From NCBI GenBank assembly GCA_043827405.1, contig JBDRPD010000035.1, forward strand, positions 1 to 46,660: a DNA stretch of 46,660 nt. Direction: 5' to 3'. The notes under the pieces are model-generated. The model was not told the origin of the DNA. It made no database searches and saw nothing but the letters and a program-made list of their open reading frames with translations. The position numbers and the translations under genes were made by a program. This DNA is from Elusimicrobiota bacterium. Lineage in GTDB: Bacteria > Elusimicrobiota > Elusimicrobia > UBA1565. Positions 28,317-37,122 of this stretch are shown one piece after another; the first letter of the stretch is position 1, and the number at the start of each line of letters is the position of its first letter.

Positions 28317-29096
28317 ATGGTAAAGTCGGTGCTGGCCGTCTGCCTGCTCGCGGGTTCGGCGATCGCTGCGAAAATATCCCCGGAGCCCGCGAAAAAAGTC
28401 GATACGCCGGTACCCGGTGTCGACGAACTCTTCCAAGACGACCTGGCCGAACAACAGCGGGTAGTGGTCCGGGGAAGGCTCAATGCGAAGCTCATTAGCG
28501 CCGGGAGCGGCGATGACGGCCCCGGCAGCGGCAGCTATCTGTTTGGGAAAAAGATGTCCCTGCACCTCTCTCCGGAACCGCAGGGCGCGGACTTAAACAC
28601 CGTATTGGTGGTCGTCGGGCAGGCGCGGTTCTGCGGCCCGGAAAAAATGATGCGCCGGCTTTGCGGCCTGCGCGAGACGGAGATCCTAAAAAACGAGGGC
28701 AGCGGCGAGCTCCGCATCTTAAAAAAGTGCCGCCGCGATGCGGACTGCGAACTCGTAGAGGCCACCCATCCCTGCGGCGGAGTCGAAGCCATAAACGCGG
28801 CGAACCCCCGCCAATTTTGGCGCGAGCATTATGAAAAAGCGCTTGCGGAGAGGCGAGCGAGCGGAATCAGCTACCGTTGCCGGTCCCGCGAGCTCACGCT
28901 GGAAAACACTCTTCCCTCCTGCGTGAAAGGCGAATGCGGGGTCATAGAGAAGGTCCAGCGGCGGGCCGGAACAGGAGAATACTGCTATCAGGGTTCGTCA
29001 TTGATGAAGAATCAATGCAAAGAGGGCCTAATCTGCGTCAATTCGGAGACCGGGAAAGAAGCCCAAAGCTGGGGCACGGGAACGTGCCAAAAGTAG
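28317..29096 (+). CDS. Secreted cysteine-rich hypothetical protein
   Basis: Signal peptide MVKSVLAVCLLAGSAIA; CRRDADC, CVKGEC, CKEGLIC modules. Confidence 0.75.
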   Translation: MVKSVLAVCLLAGSAIAAKISPEPAKKVDTPVPGVDELFQDDLAEQQRVVVRGRLNAKLISAGSGDDGPGSGSYLFGKKMSLHLSPEPQGADLNTVLVVVGQARFCGPEKMMRRLCGLRETEILKNEGSGELRILKKCRRDADCELVEATHPCGGVEAINAANPRQFWREHYEKALAERRASGISYRCRSRELTLENTLPSCVKGECGVIEKVQRRAGTGEYCYQGSSLMKNQCKEGLICVNSETGKEAQSWGTGTCQK

Positions 29097-29142
29097 CGCC
29101 GAACATCCTGCGGGCGCCGCCGACGAACGGACAAATATCAAC

Positions 29143-29904
29143 ATGAAAACCTGGTGCGCACTATTTGCGGTTTTAATTTCAGGCGATATCGCATCCGCAT
29201 CCGCGCCCGCCCCGGCATCGCAGCCCATAAACGGCTGGCAAGCGGATCGTGAAGTTAGCGGAACGCCTCTAACCATTACATGGGAAGAGTCTAAATACAA
29301 GCCGGAATGCATCCTCTGGCTCCAGGATTTCACGATATCCGAGCCGTTCTACATGTCAGACGAAACAAACACGATCACAATCCCGCGGCAAGGAAGAAAC
29401 GAGTTACCCGAGAGGATTCTCATTATCCCCGAAGAAAACACCTTAAAGCCGAAAATTATCGACGTCTCGCCGGAGACCGAAAAGATCACCTTCGTCGCTG
29501 AACGAATCCCAAAAAATGAAGTTTATTTTTGGGGCTTCACTCCGCAAAACCAATGTTCGCCTCCAAGCGGCCCGACGGCCATGGGCGTCTCAGTCCGATT
29601 AGTTTATGCGACGGACGTCTATGCACAATTTAACGGCGCATTCTTATGGCATATCGCTTTAAACAAAAACGACAAATACGAGAAACCTTTCTATTTTTAT
29701 CCGCACCATAGCGGCACCGTGAAGGAAATATCAATCGCGGGCTTTGCCGAAGCGAATGATGTCGCGCGGGCCGCTTGCCGCACGCATACACGAAAAGAGT
29801 GCGATTTCATTCTTACGACGAGCAAAGAGTCGTGGGGCAAGTCGCATCAAATAGTGTTTGAAAGGAATTCCCTTTTCGATCCCGCGCAGTGCCCGGTATA
29901 TTGA
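29143..29904 (+). CDS. Exported hypothetical protein, AT-richer than flanking genes
   Basis: 253-aa ORF with a hydrophobic N-terminus; visibly many A/T-ending codons. Confidence 0.65.
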   Translation: MKTWCALFAVLISGDIASASAPAPASQPINGWQADREVSGTPLTITWEESKYKPECILWLQDFTISEPFYMSDETNTITIPRQGRNELPERILIIPEENTLKPKIIDVSPETEKITFVAERIPKNEVYFWGFTPQNQCSPPSGPTAMGVSVRLVYATDVYAQFNGAFLWHIALNKNDKYEKPFYFYPHHSGTVKEISIAGFAEANDVARAACRTHTRKECDFILTTSKESWGKSHQIVFERNSLFDPAQCPVY

Positions 29905-29972
29905 CCCGGCAGGCGAGCCCGTATCGGATCGATGCCTACTACCGGCCCGCATATTCCGTATAATTCTCCCAC

Positions 29973-30044
29973 GACCCCATAGCTCAATGGATAGAGCGCC
30001 TGCCTTCTAAGCAGGATATCCAGGTTCGACTCCTGGTGGGGTCA
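29973..30044 (+). tRNA. tRNA-Arg (anticodon UCU), CCA not encoded
   Basis: Full cloverleaf: acceptor GACCCCA/TGGGGTC, D-arm GCTC/GAGC, anticodon arm CCTGC-CTTCTAA-GCAGG, T-arm CCAGG-TTCGACT-CCTGG. TATAAT at 29959-29964. Confidence 0.97.
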
Positions 30045-30098
30045 GATTCACCCCATAGGTGATCCAGGTGGGGTCAAAATGTTACACACTCTCTAACA

Positions 30099-31163
30099 GT
30101 GGCCCAACTATACAGCAGCTTAAAGCTCTTCCGGTACAAAGACCACCTCGACGCCATCCGCGAGCGGCGGGTCCTGGCCCCGGTGCATATCCGCCTCAAG
30201 CCCGAGAATGCCTGCAACCACGACTGCTGGTTCTGCGCCTACCGGGTCGGCCACCTTGAGCTCGGCGAGGACATGTCCGAGCGCGACCGCATTCCGCAGG
30301 AAAAGATGAAGGAGATCGTCGGCGACATCATCGAGATGGGAGTCAAGGCCGTGACCTTCTCCGGCGGCGGCGAACCCCTGGTTTACAAGCACATAGTCGA
30401 AACCACCCGCGCCTTGGGCGAGGGGGGAGTCAAGCTCGCCACTTTGACCAACGGCACCCACCTTACCGGCGAGAAGGCCGAAATGTTCGCCAAGTACGGC
30501 ACCTGGGTGCGCGTCTCCATGGATTACTGGGACGGCGCGAGCCTGCGCGCCTCGCGCAAGGCCAAGGAAGCCGAGTTCGAGAAGATCATCGAGAACATGC
30601 GGGCCTTCGTGAAGACCGGGACGAAGTGCGTCCTCGGCGTCAGCTTCATCGTCTCCAAGGACAGCCATTCACACCTTTATGATTTCTGCCGCATGATGAA
30701 GGACGTCGGCGTCGATCATGTAAAGCTTTCGGGGTGCGTCGTCAGCACCGACGGCAGGAAAAATAATGAGTACCACGCCGTATTCAAGGACGAAGTCCGC
30801 TCACAGATCACCCGGGCGCAGGGACTCAACAACGACAAGTTCCGGGTCGTCGATCACTACCACGAGATGATCGAGCGCTTCGACAAGGACTATACCTTCT
30901 GCCCGTACCTGACCTTCCTCACCGTAATCGGCGCCGACCTCCAGGTCTATACCTGCCAGGACAAAGCCTATACCGTGCCGGGGACCCTCGGCTCGATCAA
31001 GGACCGGTCGTTCAAGGATTTCTGGTTCTCGGAGGAGAACCGCAAGCGCATCTACGCCCTCGACCCCAGCAGGAACTGCCGCCACCACTGCGTCACCCAC
31101 CAGAAGAACCTGCTGATCCGCGACTACCTCAACGTCGACGCGCAGCACGCCGACTTCGTGTAG
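30099..31163 (+). CDS. Radical SAM protein with SPASM/twitch-like C-terminal domain
   Basis: CNHDCWFC, FSGGGEP, TNG; C-terminal CPY...IGAD.QVYTC...C..HC. Confidence 0.92.
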   Translation: MAQLYSSLKLFRYKDHLDAIRERRVLAPVHIRLKPENACNHDCWFCAYRVGHLELGEDMSERDRIPQEKMKEIVGDIIEMGVKAVTFSGGGEPLVYKHIVETTRALGEGGVKLATLTNGTHLTGEKAEMFAKYGTWVRVSMDYWDGASLRASRKAKEAEFEKIIENMRAFVKTGTKCVLGVSFIVSKDSHSHLYDFCRMMKDVGVDHVKLSGCVVSTDGRKNNEYHAVFKDEVRSQITRAQGLNNDKFRVVDHYHEMIERFDKDYTFCPYLTFLTVIGADLQVYTCQDKAYTVPGTLGSIKDRSFKDFWFSEENRKRIYALDPSRNCRHHCVTHQKNLLIRDYLNVDAQHADFV

Positions 31164-31222
31164 TTACCTTTCTTTTACCCTCCCGTAACGCCGGGGCAAC
31201 GGCGGTGAGCTACCGTATCGGC

Positions 31223-31348
31223 ATGACCATCCGGACCACCACGAAACCGGCGCGAGTCCCTGCCGCAACACCGCTGCCCGCGCCGTTTCGGAATAAGCCC
31301 GCGCCGGTTTCGCGGCGGCCCGGCTGGCCGAATATCGATCCCGCCTAA
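31223..31348 (+). CDS. Putative 41-aa Pro/Arg-rich small protein (MTIRTTTKPARVPAATPLPAPFRNKPAPVSRRPGWPNIDPA)
   Basis: ATG lies 6 nt after TACCGT, the same leaderless geometry as other genes here; ends just before a strong hairpin. Confidence 0.4.
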   Translation: MTIRTTTKPARVPAATPLPAPFRNKPAPVSRRPGWPNIDPA

Positions 31349-31363
31349 CATGCTCGACGTAAA

Positions 31364-31398
31364 CGCCCGGCGGACGGCTCCCAGCCGTCCGGCGGGCG
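31364..31398. terminator. Strong GC hairpin between two convergent small ORFs
   Basis: 15 of 16 bp paired, CCC loop; AAA on the left side gives a short U-run on the minus strand. Confidence 0.5.
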
Positions 31399-31422
31399 GC
31401 CGGGTGAACCGGGGAGTGGGGA

Positions 31423-31572
31423 TCAGCGCTTGACGAGAGTCGCGCGCCGTTCACCGATGCCCGACCACTCGTAGGCCCGGCCCCCGGCTTTGACGCAAAC
31501 CGCGGGGCTCTTATCGGTCCGGCGCCGCATCCAGGTGGGGTTCTCGCGGCCTTTGCTTCCGTGTTTTCTCAT
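31423..31572 (-). CDS. Putative 49-aa basic small protein (MRKHGSKG...ERRATLVKR)
   Basis: ATG 31572 with AGGT 7 nt upstream and TACAAT at 31600-31595; RRRTD and GERRA motifs. Confidence 0.45.
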   Translation of the reverse strand: MRKHGSKGRENPTWMRRRTDKSPAVCVKAGGRAYEWSGIGERRATLVKR

Positions 31573-31711
31573 GGCGGGTACCTGCTGCATTTTCATTGTA
31601 GAAGCTGAGCCCATAAAGCGCACGAGTCCATGGGCCCATATCCCACCAGACAATAGACCCAGGTCGTTTTCCACCATCCGGGAAGCCGTTTGATATACTG
31701 TTCCAAGCACT

Positions 31712-31927
31712 ATGAACAAGCTATTGATCGCCCTCCTGCTCGCCGCCATGAGCGCCGCCGCCTGCACGAAGAAAGAAGAGCCCAAAAAGACCGGCAAGCC
31801 GGTCGGCCGGGGAGTGATCGTCGATCCCCGGGAAGCCAAGAAGTACCTCAAGCGGGCCGACCAGGCGGCCGCGAGCATGCAGCAGACGTCCTTGGAGCAT
31901 GCCAAGGACCTCGAACAGTCCCCGTGA
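31712..31927 (+). CDS. Small lipoprotein (71 aa)
   Basis: MNKLLIALLLAAMSAAAC lipoprotein signal; TG-n-TATACT upstream; GTGA overlap with the next gene. Confidence 0.8.
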   Translation: MNKLLIALLLAAMSAAACTKKEEPKKTGKPVGRGVIVDPREAKKYLKRADQAAASMQQTSLEHAKDLEQSP

Positions 31928-33441
31928 AGAAGGCCTCGCGCCAAGAGCTCCGGCGCTGCACGGAGATTCTGGAAGCCGTCGCCGCGGACCGCTCGCTGAT
32001 CGACCGGCTGACGGACGAGGACCGGATTGCGCTGCTGCGCGCCGCCGGCCGCGCCTCGCGCCCCACCCGCCATGAGCTGACCATACTCAATAAGTCCCGC
32101 CGCAAGGCGAAGAGGGTTCGCGCCATCCTGTCCGACAAGAAGGCGCTGGCGAGCACCGAGATCCGCACCGCCCGCCTGGCCAAGGTCTACGTCCCGCCCG
32201 CCAAGCGCAACGGAACCGGACAGCGGCTGCGCCGGGAGCGCTCCTGCTACGTGTGCAAGCGGGGCTACAAGCGCCTGCATTTCTTCTACGACTCGATGTG
32301 CTCCGCCTGCGCCGAGTTCAACTACGAGAAGCGCTTTCAAACCGCCGATCTGCAGGGGCGCGTCGCTCTGATCACCGGCTCGCGCCTCAAGATCGGCTAC
32401 CAGGCGGCGCTCAAGATGCTGCGGGCGGGCGCCACGGTGATCGCGACCACCCGCTTCCCGCACGACAGCGCCGAGCGCTACGCCCGCGAGCAGGACTACG
32501 GCGGCTGGCGCGACCGCCTGCACGTCTACGGCCTCGATCTCCGGCATTCGCCGAGCGTCGAGCTCTTCGCGCGCTGGGTGGAGAGCTCCTACGACCGGCT
32601 CGACATCCTCGTCAACAACGCCGCGCAGACGGTACGCCGTCCGCCCGGCTTCTACGCCCATCTCATCGCGCGCGAGTCGCTCCCCCGCGAGGAGCTGACG
32701 CCCGAAGCGCGGCCGCTGCTGGAACGCTACGCGGCGTGCACGGCCGGGCTCTCCCGCGGCGGCGCCCCGCGCATCGCCGGCGGCGGCCCGTCCCGCGGGC
32801 TCACCGCCTGGTCGCAAAGCGCCCCCGGCATCGGCATCCGCGAGCCGGCCCGGCTCTCGCAGCTGCCCTACGCTTTCGACGACTCCTCCACCGACGACGA
32901 GGTATTCCCGCTCCAGCGGCTCGACGCCGACCTGCAGCAGGTCGACATGCGGCAGGTCAACAGTTGGCGCCTGGGGCTGGCCGAGGTCTCGACCCCGGAA
33001 ATGCTGGAGCTGCAGCTGGTCAACTCGGTGGCCCCCTACATCCTCTGCGCCAAGCTCAAGCCCTTGATGCTGCGCCATGACAACCGGGACAAGCATATCG
33101 TCAATGTCTCGGCGATGGAAGGCAGCTTCTCCCGCCATACCAAGACCGACAAGCATCCCCACACCAATATGGCAAAAGCCGCCCTGAACATGATGACGCT
33201 GACCTCGGCGCCCGACTACGCCGGCTCGGGCATTTACATGAACGCCGTGGACACCGGCTGGGTAACCGACGAGGACCCGGCGCAGCACGCGGAGCGCAAG
33301 CGCATGGAGCACGGCTTCGAGCCGCCGCTGGATATCGTGGACGGCGCCGCCCGCGTCTGCGATCCCTTCTTCAGCGGCCTCAACAGCGGATGCCACGTCT
33401 ACGGCAAGTTTCTGAAAGACTACCGCCCCACCGACTGGTAA
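31924..33441 (+). CDS. Atypical SDR family oxidoreductase with N-terminal CxxC...CxxC zinc-binding region
   Basis: ALITGSRLKIG, ILVNNAAQTVRRP, IVNVSAMEG, HTNMAKAALNM, NAVDTGWV; CYVC...CSAC. GTG start at 31924. Confidence 0.9.
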   Translation: MKKASRQELRRCTEILEAVAADRSLIDRLTDEDRIALLRAAGRASRPTRHELTILNKSRRKAKRVRAILSDKKALASTEIRTARLAKVYVPPAKRNGTGQRLRRERSCYVCKRGYKRLHFFYDSMCSACAEFNYEKRFQTADLQGRVALITGSRLKIGYQAALKMLRAGATVIATTRFPHDSAERYAREQDYGGWRDRLHVYGLDLRHSPSVELFARWVESSYDRLDILVNNAAQTVRRPPGFYAHLIARESLPREELTPEARPLLERYAACTAGLSRGGAPRIAGGGPSRGLTAWSQSAPGIGIREPARLSQLPYAFDDSSTDDEVFPLQRLDADLQQVDMRQVNSWRLGLAEVSTPEMLELQLVNSVAPYILCAKLKPLMLRHDNRDKHIVNVSAMEGSFSRHTKTDKHPHTNMAKAALNMMTLTSAPDYAGSGIYMNAVDTGWVTDEDPAQHAERKRMEHGFEPPLDIVDGAARVCDPFFSGLNSGCHVYGKFLKDYRPTDW

Positions 33442-33443
33442 GG

Positions 33444-33617
33444 CTACAAAGCGAATATCGCGGCGGTCAGCAGGGCGCAGAACGCGCCCATAATGAGGTG
33501 GTTGACGTTGTGGTCCCGCTTGCCGGTGCTTAGATAATACAGCGCGGCCGCTCCAAAGGCGCAGGCGGCCACGATCTTGACCGCCAAGCTCGAAGTCATG
33601 ACGAACTGGCCCTTCAC
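33444..33617 (-). CDS. Small two-TM membrane protein (absent from the ORF track)
   Basis: (MKGQFV)MTSSLAVKIVAACAFGAAALYYLSTGKRDHNVNHLIMGAFCALLTAAIFAL. AAGGAG lies 8 nt before GTG 33617; alternative start ATG 33599. Confidence 0.75.
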   Translation of the reverse strand: MKGQFVMTSSLAVKIVAACAFGAAALYYLSTGKRDHNVNHLIMGAFCALLTAAIFAL

Positions 33618-33622
33618 CCGGA

Positions 33623-34717
33623 CTACTCCTTGGACGGGGTCTCCAACTCTTTGAGAGCCGTCCAGTGCCAGCGATCCCAGGCGTCGTAATCGCGCTGATC
33701 GAAGCTCTCGCCGGAAAGAATCCCCAACACGGTATAGGCCATATTGTGGTTGTTGGGATGGCGGCTGCGCAACAGCTTCATGATCTGGCGGGCGGCATTC
33801 TTAACGAGAAAGCGCTTGTAGTTCGGATTGTCCGCCAGGTTGAGCATCAGCGCCAAGGCCTTGGTCCGGTCGCCGGGAAACGGCACATCGAGCAGGCGGT
33901 TGATCTCGTGAATCGCGACCGGCACATCCGTATGATGAACCGTAAGGTCGTTGAGCACGCTGACCGCCGCGTCACGCACACCGGCATCCGGGTCCATGAG
34001 CCCGGATGCGGCGAAACCGGAAACCGCGGAGCCGTCCCGCAAATAGGCCAACAGAAAAAGCGCGTTCTTCCGGTAGACGGGGTTTCGGTGCTCGCGCAGG
34101 ATCTTCTCAAGCAGCTCGCGGTGGACCGGCACGCCCGCTGCGAACTCCTTCTCGAGCTTGCCGAGTTCGGGCGTCAGCGCGCCCCAGACGCAGTAGAAGG
34201 AAAGACAGTCCGGCCGCTCCAGGACCGTAACGCTCTTGGCTTCGAACGCCCGTCCCAACGCCTCATAGCGTCCCCAAGCCTCGATCAGGTTCGAGGTGTC
34301 GGGAAAATCGTCAGTCGGATCAGAACGGAACGGCATGCGCGTCGCCATATCCTTCTTCTCCACCACCTCGAATATGAACATATACGGTTTCTCGTCCGCG
34401 GTTTCCTCGAGTTCGATAATGTGCAGGCGAATCCAGGCGAAACCGCCCATATCCTTGACGCCGTTGACGATAGCCGCTTCGTAGCGCTGCGCATCCCGGC
34501 CGGACTGCGTCGACCGGCGGGCGCGCGCGAGCAGCAGCCGCTCGATATCCTGCTGGTACTTGGTTTGGACCGCCTCCGGCGTCACCTTGCTGCTGCCGTT
34601 GATCTCGATATACTTCAATGACGGCCGCACGCGCTTGGCCGCCGCCGGCGGCGTCGCCAGTACGGCGGCGAAAAGCATGACGGCGCCCGCTCCCAACATC
34701 CGCATCGGTATGCTCAT
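33623..34717 (-). CDS. Exported HEAT-repeat protein with POTRA-like N-terminal segment
   Basis: Signal peptide; IEINGS.KVT.E.V; HEAT-like DPDAGVRDAAV, R.NALFLL. Confidence 0.75.
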   Translation of the reverse strand: MSIPMRMLGAGAVMLFAAVLATPPAAAKRVRPSLKYIEINGSSKVTPEAVQTKYQQDIERLLLARARRSTQSGRDAQRYEAAIVNGVKDMGGFAWIRLHIIELEETADEKPYMFIFEVVEKKDMATRMPFRSDPTDDFPDTSNLIEAWGRYEALGRAFEAKSVTVLERPDCLSFYCVWGALTPELGKLEKEFAAGVPVHRELLEKILREHRNPVYRKNALFLLAYLRDGSAVSGFAASGLMDPDAGVRDAAVSVLNDLTVHHTDVPVAIHEINRLLDVPFPGDRTKALALMLNLADNPNYKRFLVKNAARQIMKLLRSRHPNNHNMAYTVLGILSGESFDQRDYDAWDRWHWTALKELETPSKE

Positions 34718-34743
34718 GATCTATTTATAGTATATTCCCGGCG

Positions 34744-35784
34744 ATGAATCCATTTGCTATCCGCGACGCCGAAGTCCGCCTCGTCCGGATGCGCCTAAAA
34801 GAGCCTTTTGTAACCGCGTTGGGTTGCAAGGAAGAGACCGTCAACGCGGCCGTGCGCATCCGCCTCGCCGGCGGCGCGCAAGGCTGCGGGGAGGCCTCCG
34901 GCTCGGTCGTCATGGCGCGCCAGACCCCGCAGGTCCTGGCCGCCGCGCTGCGGCGCTTGGCGGCGCGCTTTCGGGGCCGCGACGTCTCCGCCAGCGAACC
35001 GCTGGCGCAGGACATCTGGCGCGCCGGCGGCCGCGTCCCCGCCGCGGCCGCGGCCTTCGAATGCGCCGCCGTCGAAGCCTTATGCGGCGCCTTGGGCGTG
35101 CGGCTGGCGGCCTGGTTCGGCGGCAGCGGCGACCGGGTGGAAACCGACCTGACGCTGTCGGCGGCCGCGCCGGAGGCGACCGCGGCGGCGGCGCGGCGGG
35201 CCGCGGACGCGGGCTTTCGCACGCTCAAGATCAAAGTGGGCCGCGGCGGCGCGGCCGCCGACCGCGAGCGCGTCCTCGCCGCGCACCAGAGCGGACGCCG
35301 GCCCCGCATCATCCTGGACGGCAATCAGAAGCTGAGCGTCGACAGCGCCCTGCGGCTGGTAGAAGCCTGCCGGCGGGCCGGCGCGCGGATCGCGCTCCTT
35401 GAGCAGCCGCTGGGGCACGCCGATATCAAAGGATTGGCCCGGCTCAAAGCGCGCTGCCCGGTGCCCATCGCGGCCGATGAGAGCGCACGCTCCGCCGCCG
35501 ATGTCCTGCGCCTGGCCGAGCACGACGCCGTCGACGTCGTCAACGTTAAGGTCGCCAAGACCGGCCTGCGGGAAAGCCTCGCCATCATCGCGATCGCCCG
35601 CGCGGCGGGCATGAAGCTGATGATCGGCTGCATGCAGGAAAGCGCGCGCGGCCTGGCGCCGAGCGTCCATCTCGCCTGCGGCACCGGCGCCTTCGATTTC
35701 GTCGACCTGGATTCCGACGCGCTGCTGGCCGAGCCGCAGCCCCGCGGGGATTTCCGTCGCGACGGCCGCTTCCTTATCCTATGA
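34744..35784 (+). CDS. L-Ala-D/L-Glu (dipeptide) epimerase, enolase superfamily
   Basis: PFVTALG, KIK, ILDGNQ, LEQP, ADES, NVKVAK, DLD. Confidence 0.9.
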   Translation: MNPFAIRDAEVRLVRMRLKEPFVTALGCKEETVNAAVRIRLAGGAQGCGEASGSVVMARQTPQVLAAALRRLAARFRGRDVSASEPLAQDIWRAGGRVPAAAAAFECAAVEALCGALGVRLAAWFGGSGDRVETDLTLSAAAPEATAAAARRAADAGFRTLKIKVGRGGAAADRERVLAAHQSGRRPRIILDGNQKLSVDSALRLVEACRRAGARIALLEQPLGHADIKGLARLKARCPVPIAADESARSAADVLRLAEHDAVDVVNVKVAKTGLRESLAIIAIARAAGMKLMIGCMQESARGLAPSVHLACGTGAFDFVDLDSDALLAEPQPRGDFRRDGRFLIL

Positions 35785-36692
35785 CCGACAGCGGTCCCGG
35801 CATCGGCCCGGGCAAACGCCTGCTCCTCGATCTGGGACTCGTCTATGCGGCGCTGATCTGGGGCGCGACGTTCTTTCTGGTCAAAGGCGTCCTCGATCAT
35901 GTACACCCGGTGGCGCTTGTGGGCTGGCGCTTCATCATCTCCGGCCTGCTCATGCTGCCGCTGGCGCTGCGCCGCCGCAACCCGGCACGGCATCTTAAGG
36001 AAGGGCTGGTACTGGGCTCGATCCTCATGCTGCTCTACGTCACCCAAACGGCCGGACTGCTGCACACGACGGCGTCGAACTCCGGCTTCATCACCGGGCT
36101 GTTCGTATTTTTCGTACCGCTGTTTCTGCTGCTCTTCTTCCGCCGGCCGCCCGATAAGGGACAGTGGGCCGCCGTCGCCGTCGCGGTCGCGGGGCTGTGG
36201 CTGCTCACCGGCGGGCTCGCCGGCTTCAACCAGGGCGACGTCATGACCCTCTTCGCGGCCATGGCCTACGCCGCCCATGTCCTGGCGACCGACCGTTTCG
36301 TGCGCCGGGACGCCGACGCGGTCCTGCTGGCTTTCCATCAGTTCTGGATCTGCGGCGCGGCCTGCCTGGTCCTGGCCGGGGCGTCCGGCGCGGGGCTGCG
36401 CGTGGGCTCGCCGCGGGCGATGTGGATCATCCTCTTTCTGGCGGTGTTTCCCAACCTCTCGGCCTTCTTCATCCAGCTGATCGCGCAAAAGCATACGCCG
36501 CCCGTCAAGGTCTCGCTGATCTTCTCGCTGGAGCCGGTGTTCGCGGCTCTTTTCGCCTGGACCATCGGGGGGGAGGTCTTCGTGGGCCGCAAGGCGCTGG
36601 GCGGCGCCTTGATCGTGGCCGCCATGATCCTCGGCGAGCTCAGCCGCCGCTCCTTGCGCAAAGGCCGGTCGCAGGAAGTCCTGCCGGTCTAG
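35781..36692 (+). CDS. EamA/DMT family transporter
   Basis: IWGATF, WRF, SGFITGL, SLEPVFA; about 10 TM. Confidence 0.92.
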   Translation: MTDSGPGIGPGKRLLLDLGLVYAALIWGATFFLVKGVLDHVHPVALVGWRFIISGLLMLPLALRRRNPARHLKEGLVLGSILMLLYVTQTAGLLHTTASNSGFITGLFVFFVPLFLLLFFRRPPDKGQWAAVAVAVAGLWLLTGGLAGFNQGDVMTLFAAMAYAAHVLATDRFVRRDADAVLLAFHQFWICGAACLVLAGASGAGLRVGSPRAMWIILFLAVFPNLSAFFIQLIAQKHTPPVKVSLIFSLEPVFAALFAWTIGGEVFVGRKALGGALIVAAMILGELSRRSLRKGRSQEVLPV

Positions 36693-36714
36693 AAAAACGG
36701 TAAAATAGCTCCCC

Positions 36715-37062
36715 ATGCGCAGCGTACTGCACGCCAAGATTCACAACGCCACGGTCACCGAGGCCAACCTCCGCTATATCGGGAGCATCACCATCGACGA
36801 GACGCTCATCGAGCATGTCGGGCTATGGCCCGGCGAGAAGGTCCTGGTGGTGTCCAACACCTCGGGGACGCGTCTTGAGACCTATGTAATCCGCGGCGAG
36901 CGTGACTCCGGCGTGATATGCATGAACGGGGCCGCCGCCCACCTCATTAAGCGGGGCGAGGAGATCATCATCATGGGCTTCGAGCTCACCGCTGAGCCGA
37001 TCGCGGCTAAGATCATACTGGTGGACAAGAACAACCGCTTCGTCCGTCGCCTCGACCGCTGA
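36715..37062 (+). CDS. panD: Aspartate 1-decarboxylase
   Basis: AKIHNATVT, YIG|SITID autocleavage site, RLETYVI, CMNGAAAH. Confidence 0.97.
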   Translation: MRSVLHAKIHNATVTEANLRYIGSITIDETLIEHVGLWPGEKVLVVSNTSGTRLETYVIRGERDSGVICMNGAAAHLIKRGEEIIIMGFELTAEPIAAKIILVDKNNRFVRRLDR

Positions 37063-37122
37063 TGCCGCGTCATTTGACAATACGCATTGCGGGCGCCACG
37101 ACGAAAGACTAGAATCCCATCC

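Noticed and set aside
31242..31312. Inverted repeat CGAAACCGGCGCG/CGCGCCGGTTTCG as a known ncRNA or riboswitch
   Set aside because: No recognisable family motif; it lies inside the candidate 41-aa ORF and cannot be assigned.
31423..33396. 657-aa minus-strand ORF
   Set aside because: Antisense shadow of the SDR gene in GC-rich DNA; only its last 49 codons are kept as a possible small gene.
35325..36737. 470-aa minus ORF and similar long antisense ORFs (829-1806, 10014-11129, 18380-19558, 33665-34621)
   Set aside because: All are shadows of well-supported genes on the opposite strand, expected from high GC3.
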